DNA of 63,982 nt, counting the filler, from Collodictyon triciliatum (taxonomy: Eukaryota), in assembly GCA_043381765.1 (NCBI GenBank). It is 12 parts of 12 records of this genome, joined end to end, with 100 filler letters (N's around TTAATTAATTAA, not from the genome) between each part and the next. Parts side by side here need not be neighbours in the genome. Positions count along the whole stretch, not along the records: positions 54,335 to 60,270 come from JBHJMP010004827.1; positions 60,371 to 62,817 come from JBHJMP010004841.1; positions 62,918 to 63,982 come from JBHJMP010004991.1; 9 more parts are not named here. One strand, 5' to 3'. Position numbers and translations under genes: made by a program. Of this stretch, positions 55,312 to 63,982 are shown piece by piece (within the stretch, counting starts at the first letter, position 1; each line of letters starts with the position of its first letter). The notes below the pieces were generated by a model that saw nothing but the letters and a program-made list of their open reading frames with translations, had not been told where the DNA came from and made no database searches.

Positions 55312-57251
55312 TTACACTTCCTCAGATTCCAAGCCTACTCGTTCGACCTCTTTCGGAGATCTTGGCAGCATTTTATACTCTGAATAAACCATAATAAGTA
55401 GTTACATAAAATACATTCAAATCAATCTTAAAACTGGTTTTTTTCTACTCCAAAACGTCATAATGATTTAAAATTCGTGTGATGGGACACACCTTTTGCT
55501 GCGGCTGAAATAACCTGTTTCTTGTGCTTCGTGTATGTGTACCAAAACGAAGCAGACAAGACAAGCACAATACCAGCTACATTTCTTATCGTCATATTGC
55601 TGTCAAAAAATATAATCCCCCCAAGAATAATCACGCATGTTTTGAGGTGATTGATGACCTATGATTGCAATCAAATATGTCAATTATAAGTCATCTTGAA
55701 TGGAAAACTCGAAAATACGAATATACCAAGTTACCTGGAAGCTCAGTGGCGATGTGTAAACTACAAGATTGAAGCTGGATAAATTAACACCAACTGAAAA
55801 CATGCAAGTAACAAACAAAAAGACCTATCGATATAGTTTCTATGTTTAGGCACGTTGTGTCATTTCCTTTTTCTTCCATAAAGTTAGCAGCAAAGATATC
55901 TAAAATTGTCAAATCAAACTATTGTGTGAGTAGGTATCCCTCTCGTGATTATTTTATACACAATCTCGTGTGGATAGGCGTTATCTGTAAACGGTATGAA
56001 TAGCAAAAGGAGCACAGACGCTTGTGGAGCCATACAGTGCATTATCTGAGAGTCGGAAAGTGAAAAGTTGGATGAATGTTTATGATACAATACTTTTTGG
56101 CGTCTAAAATATACCCAAGAAATATTTCCATTTTCTCTAAATAATATTTCATACTTCGTTGGTACTGACTCTTAGTTGCTTTACTCTGATGGTTACAAAC
56201 TTGGGTGGATATAAAAAAAAACAGACTTGAGTGAATCTCTATGATTTACTCAACAATGTACAATTATATTTGACAAGAGTTTCATCTTTCAAATAGAAAA
56301 TTTGTGTCTATCATTTTGAAAAGCGTGAGATAAAAGCCGAATCTTACCACTTGGTACCCTACGGTGAACACTATGGCCAGCAGAGCAAAAACCAGCCCTG
56401 CAAATGACGTTTGAATCTCTGAAGAAGTTACAACCAATGCACCAAAGCAGATTCCCATTAAAGAAAGTCTCGTATCCGAACTCAGGTTATGCTTCAAGTA
56501 AACAGCCTCAATTACAGCAATTATCGGGGTCATGAGCACTTTTGTAATCTTTGAGACGGATCAGTTTAATAAATACACACGCACATTTGGCTCGAATATA
56601 CATATATGCCATTGTATGTTACACTCCATTTTTCTTTTACATCACATGCTTAGTTGCTATCCATGCAAACCTGATAGAATCCGACAGAGTTATACATGAG
56701 ACTCAAATTCATAAAGACAATCGATGAAACGAATAGCAAGGTTATGGGAAGTATACTCGTCCACTTAAATGTGGTACCAGACACAGTGCCATTACAGAGA
56801 TACTTTGATATTGTCGTGTAAATCGTATTGGATACCAAATGGAACAGAAGAAGAGTCGATGCTAAATTGAGGAAAACAAGTTATTTATGATACAAAGTTT
56901 GCAGAAACTCAGAAATACATTTCTGGGGAACTTGCGAGTCAATTTTCTATGATTAAAGGGGCTGCACTCACAATAGGGAAAGTGGTACCGAACAAAGATG
57001 GCTTTATTGACAAGGACCAGACCAACAGTGAAAACAATATTAACAAGAGTCATGAGACATATGGCCACAGGACTTGCTCTGTACAGGGAATCGCTACTGC
57101 TTGCGGATGACATCGATAAGCTTGGACTTTGTTGCATATCACTCAATAACGAGCCTTCCATTTCATCCACACCAAAAGGTGTGCTTTCTGTAGCAACCGA
57201 TTCGGCATCTTCTGTGGAAATAGCTTTATCTTGAAAAGACTTCATTTGCAT
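55312..57251 (-). CDS. Nucleotide-sugar / triose-phosphate-translocator family transporter (SLC35E3-like)
   Basis: VGLVLVNKAIF..FPY; SIVFMNLSLMYNSVGFYQITKVLMTP; VGVNLSSF..TSPLSFQVINHLKT; about 10 hydrophobic segments; stop at 55312-55314. Confidence 0.9.
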
Positions 57252-58106
57252 ATTGCTCTTTGATATTGCCTCTATGTTTCACCTGATTGCTAATTGACAA
57301 CTCTTTAGTTTTTACAAAAAAATCACGTCACAAGACTTTTTTTTTTTTTAATAATACGCATATTTTCTAAAAGAATAGGTGTTTTTGAAAGATAAAATAA
57401 GTGGAGTTGTCCCACAGTCTTGAATGATTTAGACTAAGAATACAAAGGAAGAAAAATTCCTATTCATAGATAACCAGTCATATAGATAGGTGGAATAATA
57501 CAAAGTAAAGCATGGACAAAAGGACCATACCACAGCTTCACCAAAAACAAAAAAACAAAAAAACAAAAAACAAAAAACAAAAAAACAAAAAAACAAAAAC
57601 AGAAACAAAACAGAAACAAAAAACAGACATATAATCTGCATTGTCAAATTTAAGTTTACAAACCCACAGCATCATAGACGCATACCTATCTGATTTCATT
57701 TTAAAAAAAATCATGCATCCAATCACATGGAAACACGTACCAGGAGACAGGTGCCTTTTAGAACATATCTCTTGACCATTTAAATTACTGTACTCGACAA
57801 CATGGTCATTTCTATCATCGAAAATTTTTACACAAAAACCAAAAACCAAAAAGAAAACTAAAGCTTACGACAAAACAAAAAACATATAGAGATAAATAAT
57901 AAAATTGGGAATAGTAAGCCAATACTTCCTCAGAAAATGAAAGATACAATTTATCGGCCAGCGCACTCGCATAAAATGTTTGCATATAGTACCCTAACCA
58001 AAATAGCCTTCTAGATAAAGGAGATTGAAGCAATTAAGTGTTTATAGGGGTTATCTGGCTTTCTTCTACCACAGCCAAGAAGCCTCGCGAGGTTTTAGCC
58101 ATAACA

Positions 58107-60115
58107 TCAAAGAGTCGATATTGAGGTTCCTCTACTAGGAGCATCAGCTTTGTTCAAGTAATTAAGCTTAAGAACAAAATCAACTTCGTCACAAGACTGG
58201 GAAAGGGAGCGTAAATCGCTGATGGCACCTCTTCTGTATGTCCTGGTTTTCTAAAGTCGATTAAATCAGTTATTTGGCTTAAATACCGATAACTCTACAG
58301 ACTAATCAAGGGAGATATGATTTGAAAAAAAAAATCATACATCGAGACCAACTACTGTGTTGTCGCCAATTTTTAAAAGCCCAGATGCACACAGGCCCAT
58401 ATCATAATAAAATTTTGCGTGGGCAGTTGACAAACAGTCATAAAAGTTGTGGTTCGCCTTCTCTATATTCCAAAGCGTATAATAATTTTACTAAAGGGAG
58501 CGATATGTTGTAGATAGTCATAGTACAAAGGGTGGTAAAATCTGTTAAATATATTACCCAATTGTGATGCGTCGAGTTCCGTATGTGAACTTCACATTTC
58601 CAGGTTAAAGAAGATTCATAGAAGTCGTCAAATAGGATGAAATGTTTTACATGTTAATTTCAAGTTAACATTTATGAGTTTATAGGAGGTTGTTCAAAAT
58701 AAACTATTATTGTTAAATATCGAGCGGTTACACATGAACATAGGGAGGGAGCGGGGTCGGCTTGGAATCAAATACACCCAATTTCTTGACTTTCATCGCG
58801 CCTTTCCATAAAGTGCTTGCAAGCGATTTGGTGGATGCAGTGAGATAATTTGATGTTAAGTCATTCTTGGCCAGTTTCTAGAAAATAAGAAAGAAAGGGA
58901 GAAAAGGACGCCGAGGAAAATATACCAATTAGATTTTAATCAAGTTAAAAAAAATGCATGAACCAAAATTCATACTTTTAAAATCTTCTTTAGTCATAAA
59001 ATAAAATGGGATGTGTTTACATGCTGGCCCATACGATTTGCCTCCTCCACATTCTGGTGCATATGAGATGCATCCTCGGGGCATATATCTGACCCCGTCT
59101 GAAGGTCGTTTTCTTGAATAGACACTTCTTGCTTTTCGTCATCAACTGAAAGGGAGTTCTCTTTCTCTGTATCCTCCGGATCACTTGAGCCCGATGTCCG
59201 AGGCATACTATGTAGTTGCTGCTGTTGATTTTGAGGGCTCTGATGAGATATTGGCAGGGTATTTGGTGATTCTGTGTATGGTGTGGCGCCCGAATCTTGC
59301 TTAGCTTCAGATTCCTGCTTGTATTGGCGAGAAGATGGGCTACTATTTGGATGCCCCAGAAAATATGACATCTCCGACTTGAACCACGCAGTCATATTCG
59401 GCTTTTGAGTCGTATTGGGGGTTTGTTTCTTCTGAACAGATGAAGCAGTTTCTGGTTTGTTTTGCTTTTGGGTCTGATTGTGTTGCTCAGTATCAGGCTT
59501 TGCTGTTGTCTCTGGGCGGGCATTGAACTCGGTTTGATTGCTGGGGTTGCCCTCGGGCTCCTTGGTACCCGTTTCTACTTGATTTACCTTACCCAAATGC
59601 TCTGTCCCTATATTGGCTTCCATGCCGTTTCCTTGGCCTGGTTTCTGTGAGTCGCCTTCATCACCATCACCATCATCATATTCTTCTTCGTCATCTTCTC
59701 CTGCAGCATCTCCCTTACTCGGGCCAAACATAATTGCCGCAGACGATATCAGCGTTGGGCGAAGCAAAGGCTGTCCCGACCGCGGAAAGTCTCGTGTGTC
59801 CTGTGACTGGATGGATGGAGAGTATTCTTCTTCGTCCTCCTCATCATCCTCGCCGCTTACTATTCGCGACTCTTTATCAGAGTTCAAAGAGAGCAAGGAA
59901 AATACACAAGTCAAAAAGTGTTGACGGCAGACCTTCTCTTCTTTTTTGCTTCCGACTGGCAAAGTTCATATAATACTTTATCTTTTTTCTTTTTATATTT
60001 TTGCAAGAAAATGATCGACTTGGGGAGAGTAGTGTTGCGTCCATACCCAGTTTCGACATTGCCGCTGATACTCCTTCGTGAATTGATGGGAGTGTCCTGA
60101 TGATCTGAGGTGGTT
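58107..60115 (-). CDS. Hypothetical protein with a long acidic/low-complexity region, 5' part missing
   Basis: 322-codon open block 58994-59962 rich in E/D/Q/S/T, plus downstream GT-AG exons (KLAKNDLTSNYL.., KTRTYRRG..STL*); no family recognised. Confidence 0.5.
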
Positions 60116-60127
60116 CTGCTATATGTT

Positions 60128-60270
60128 TTTTTAGTTTTAGTTTTAGTTTTTTTAGTTTTAGTTTTAGTTTTAGTTTTAGTTTTAGTTTTAGTTTTAGTTT
60201 TAGTTTTAGTTTTAGTTTTAGTTTTAGTTTTAGTTTTAGTTTTAGTTTTAGTTTTAGTTTTAGTTTTAGT
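60128..60270. repeat. (TTTTAG)n hexamer microsatellite
   Basis: Directly visible at the contig end. Confidence 0.95.
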
Positions 60271-60417
60271 NNNNNNNNNNNNNNNNNNNNNNNNNNNNNN
60301 NNNNNNNNNNNNNNTTAATTAATTAANNNNNNNNNNNNNNNNNNNNNNNNNNNNNNNNNNNNNNNNNNNNTTTGTTTTTTTCTTTTTTTTTTTTTTTTTT
60401 TTTTTTTATGCACATAG

Positions 60418-61501
60418 CTTTAATATGCATCCTGATTACTTCCTGAGTATTTAGTCTAATTAACACTCCATTCACATCAATAGTCCAATGGCCATCTTCA
60501 TTGTGGTCGGTATTGGAGTTGACGGTATGATTATCATAGTGGACTGCTTCGGGCAGTAAGATTCATTTTAAACCATAAGTAAACGTCGTATAAGCGAATA
60601 TATGTTGAGAATATTTTAATTTATCCCGTATCATGCATTAAAGTGTGGATCCATCGCTTCCTCTTCCTGAAAGACTTTCTCGAGGATTAGGGGTTGCTGG
60701 TCCCACAACCACCCTGATAGCTATGACAGACTTTACGGTAAAACACTTATATTTGACCTGCAATTTGACGGTATATCCATACTCACAGTTACGTCATTAT
60801 ATATGTTCAATCACTTGTTATGGGAGTAATTTTCGACATTGCCCACAGGCATTTATGGTAGGTATCACCACTCAGCTTCTATCAGTCAGGTCTGTGAGAG
60901 TTATAAATTGGTTCTATACTTTTCTCATCTCATAGTTGTCCCTATTTTTTCTTTTTTTTTTTTCCAATTGGCAAGAAAAATCTTCTTACCCAAAATTTTT
61001 TAATCTTAAAGTAATTTCTGTTTCATCGCGGGCGTCGCTGTTATCGCATTATGGTTCCTTCAGATCACCCTTTTCTCGGCCTTTCTTGTCTTGGATGAAC
61101 GAAGAATCCAGGTTTTATTTCATTCAGTTTTTTGGTGTTTTTTTTTTTTAAAAAAAAAAGGACAAACCACTATGATATTCAGAAACTCAGGGAAATTTAG
61201 CTGACGAGCAACCGCCCACTGTTTTCAACCAACTTATCGGTAATCAAATCATTTTAGGCTCGACGGATGGACATCATCCCGTGCTTTAAGGTTAAGGAGG
61301 GTGATTCTGATGTTGTCCAAATCGAACAACGCAAACTTGGCTTCGTGAGGTATGTGGTATACGAGTATTTCTATCATTTTTTTCCCTTTATTCGATTCAA
61401 TACGAGTATTTCTATCATATTTAATATAGTAAATTTGCGTGTTTTTTTTTCCCCATTTTTCATAATCGGAAAAAATTGTAGAACTGTGAATTCATCTCAC
61501 A

Positions 61502-61599
<98 letters not shown>

Positions 61600-62515
61600 G
61601 TCGATCCATCTAACTCATCGATTTAGCAACTTTATTTCGACCACATACGCACCATACTTGATGAAAACTTCTTCAAAAATCATCGTGGTATGTACACGGT
61701 CGAACATTTGTGTCGTTTTATCGCTTTCTTCGTCAATAACCTTAATCGCTCAACCATGACCTGAAAACTTCGTGAAATACTGAATCGTGACACCGCATAA
61801 TCTGCATTAGATTGTTGCATTTGTGGCTATGTCTGCAGCATCTGGCTATCTTCTTACAACAGGTAAGAGATAAATATTCATTAAAGATTGCTTATTTATA
61901 ACTCGGCGACGATGCGACTCTTCTATTCCTGCCACGAATATATATATGACCGAAGTGAGAAAAAAGACCATCGTTCTTTGTAATAGTCTACATGAATGTA
62001 CAGAACTCTCCCAAATTAATTAAAATCTTAATCCAAAAAAAAAAAAAAAAACAGTTGATATTGGTCTGCCCATACAGGATGGATTTAGTGACAACTCATA
62101 CTTGCGCGACTTTTACCTGTGGAATGAAAAGTATTATCCCGGACAGGTTTTTTCTTACACAGTGTGATGACATAAGCATGGCTTACGCTGGAAAATTAGT
62201 AAACAATATAATGTGCATATGAAAGTTTATCTCAACATACTATTTCATTTTCTACACACGAAGCCCAATCCTCTCGATGCTATCGTCTTGGATGTAGACT
62301 ATACATCTGCCTCGGTGCAACAAAAACTATTACAGATTCCTGTATGTTTCTTTCATATACACCATGTTGAATTTTTCTAAGTTCGGGTACATGGTATATT
62401 ACTAGCTTTGACTAAAGCGACTTTAGATTGAAGTCAATAGTTCTCCCTCCGCTGTACCTCCAGCCGTTTCCTGGTTTGATGACTTTAGTAAATGGGCATC
62501 TGAAAACAATAAGAT
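60418..62515 (+). CDS. NPC1/Patched-related sterol-sensing-domain (RND) membrane protein, internal fragment
   Basis: PMAIFIVVGIGVDGMIII..ERLSRGLGVAGPTTTLIAMTDFTAFMVG..NFCFIAGVAV..LQITLFSAFLVLDERRIQARRMDIIPC..YAPYL..SYLRDFY..SWFDDFSKW. Confidence 0.88.
61359..61418 (-). mobile_element. 22-bp retroposon-tail micro-insertion with a perfect 19-bp TSD
   Basis: ATACGAGTATTTCTATCAT [reverse complement TGAATCGAATAAAGGGAAAAAA] ATACGAGTATTTCTATCAT, intronic. Confidence 0.8.
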
Positions 62516-63495
62516 GTAAGAGTATTCTTTTTGAATCGTACATTCATGTCACTTTACCAAAGTATTTTAGTCTGTTTCGTTGTACCTACTGCCCAGAATA
62601 TTCAGTGTAACTATGTTCATGTTTTCTCTCTCTTTTTTCTCTTTTTTCTCTTTTTTCTCTTTTTTCTCTTTTTTCTCTTTTTTCTCTTTTCTCTCTTTTC
62701 TCTCTTTTCTCTCTTTTTCTCTTTTTCTCTCTTTTTCTCTCTTTTTCTCTCTTTTTCTCTCTTTTTCTCTCTTTTTCTCTCTTTTTCTCTCTTTTTCTCT
62801 CTTTTTCTCTCTTTTTCNNNNNNNNNNNNNNNNNNNNNNNNNNNNNNNNNNNNNNNNNNNNTTAATTAATTAANNNNNNNNNNNNNNNNNNNNNNNNNNN
62901 NNNNNNNNNNNNNNNNNCAAAATAAAACAAAATAAAACAAAATAAAACAAAATAAAACAAAATAAAACAAAATAAAACAAAATAAAACAAAATAAAACAA
63001 AATAAAACAAAATAAAACAAAATAAAAGAAAAGAATAGAAAAACAAGAGAAAAGAGAAAAAATAAAAGAAAAATACGAGAATTGAAAAATGGGATGAAAA
63101 GGATAAAATACGTCAAATAAAAAACATGTCAAAAAAACAAAAACGAACAAACCAACAAACAAACAAAAAAAGATAAAAAACACCGAACGCACAAATATTC
63201 TGCCGTTTTCTGGCAGTTCTGGCGGATTTCTTTGCTGTCCGAACAACGACAGTCGTGCCACCACCGAAAATAAAAAAACAGTAAAAGAGAGGATAAAAAA
63301 AAATAAAATAAAAAAAAAAAGAAGAGAAAAGAGCAGAACAGATCTTTTCAGCCATATGCCCAGAACATACGCTCGTTCTCACGGCATCGTTCGTCGCCTT
63401 TTGCTCTGATCGATGCTTCTGCGGGATTGATCCGAACAGACGAAGGCGAGGAAACGCCTGCCAAACTAACGGCCTCTGTGACTCGCCTCTAGTGG

Positions 63496-63591
63496 ATGGA
63501 GCCAACCACTCCACGCCTCAAATCCTCGCCAAAGGCCTCCTCGTCAACATCCATCCTGCCAGTCCTGAAAGAAGGCTTCCTCGACAAGCTG
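63496..63591 (+). CDS. First exon of a probable PH-domain protein
   Basis: MEPTTPRLK..PVLKEGFLDKL resembles the PH beta-1 strand and is followed by a GT donor. Confidence 0.4.
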
Positions 63592-63982
63592 GTCTGTATC
63601 TTTTCAAGCACACAGGCACCTTCTTTGCAGCTTCTTTCCATCTTTTTCATTTCCCGTGTGCATCTTTGCTCATACGATCCGCAGCCCTGTCCTGTTTCTG
63701 TTTTCCTCCTCCGTTCAAACTCGGCAGATCGCTCGTAAAAGAGTTCCTGCTTTGCCTCTTCGGAATGCCTACCGCCATCCTTTTTCTCCTGTTTTTCTAC
63801 TTTTTTCTACTCCTCAGTATTCTATATAGGTCTGCGTTTGGTCTCTTTTATTTCTTCCTGCATGGATGCATTCGAACAATTTCATTTTATTTTATAAAAA
63901 AAAAAAAAAAAAAATGGTATAAGAAAAAAAAAAAGGTTTTTTGCGTTTGAACAGGGATAGTACAATAAAATTTGAAAACACA

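Noticed and set aside
60128-60270. (TTTTAG)n as a telomere
   Set aside because: It sits in an intron position upstream of an acceptor and resembles the other hexamer microsatellites that break contigs.

Overview
This is eukaryotic, AT-rich, intron-dense genomic DNA, and it is not one locus. Twelve contigs (most about 5.94 kb, apparently size-sorted) are joined by artificial 100-nt spacers (N44-TTAATTAATTAA-N44), so neighbours across spacers are unrelated. Gene content points to an amoebozoan protist (inference): a Dictyostelium-type STAT and an Acanthamoeba/mimivirus-type cyclase-kinase. Genes recognised by hand-splicing are polyubiquitin, tRNA-Leu(AAG), the strumpellin 3' end, a brevin R-SNARE, a 4-TM protein, a UBR1-type E3 ligase, a STAT-like factor, the histone H2B 3' end, a filamin/IPT surface protein, SMG1, a zinc-finger protein, a cyclase-TKL kinase, a signal-peptide 21xWD40 plus Cys-repeat protein, an intron-rich RecG, a nucleotide-sugar transporter, an NPC1/Patched-like protein and a PH-domain start. 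The most notable observations are: (1) a retroposon family whose 3' tail (TTTGAATCGAATAAAGG-An) recurs in five contigs, mostly as 17-25 bp intronic micro-insertions with 13-19 bp target-site duplications; (2) a clear U12-type intron; (3) a spliced eukaryotic RecG; (4) an apparently secreted triple WD40 propeller on a tandem Cys-rich stalk; (5) a structured GC-rich ncRNA candidate.
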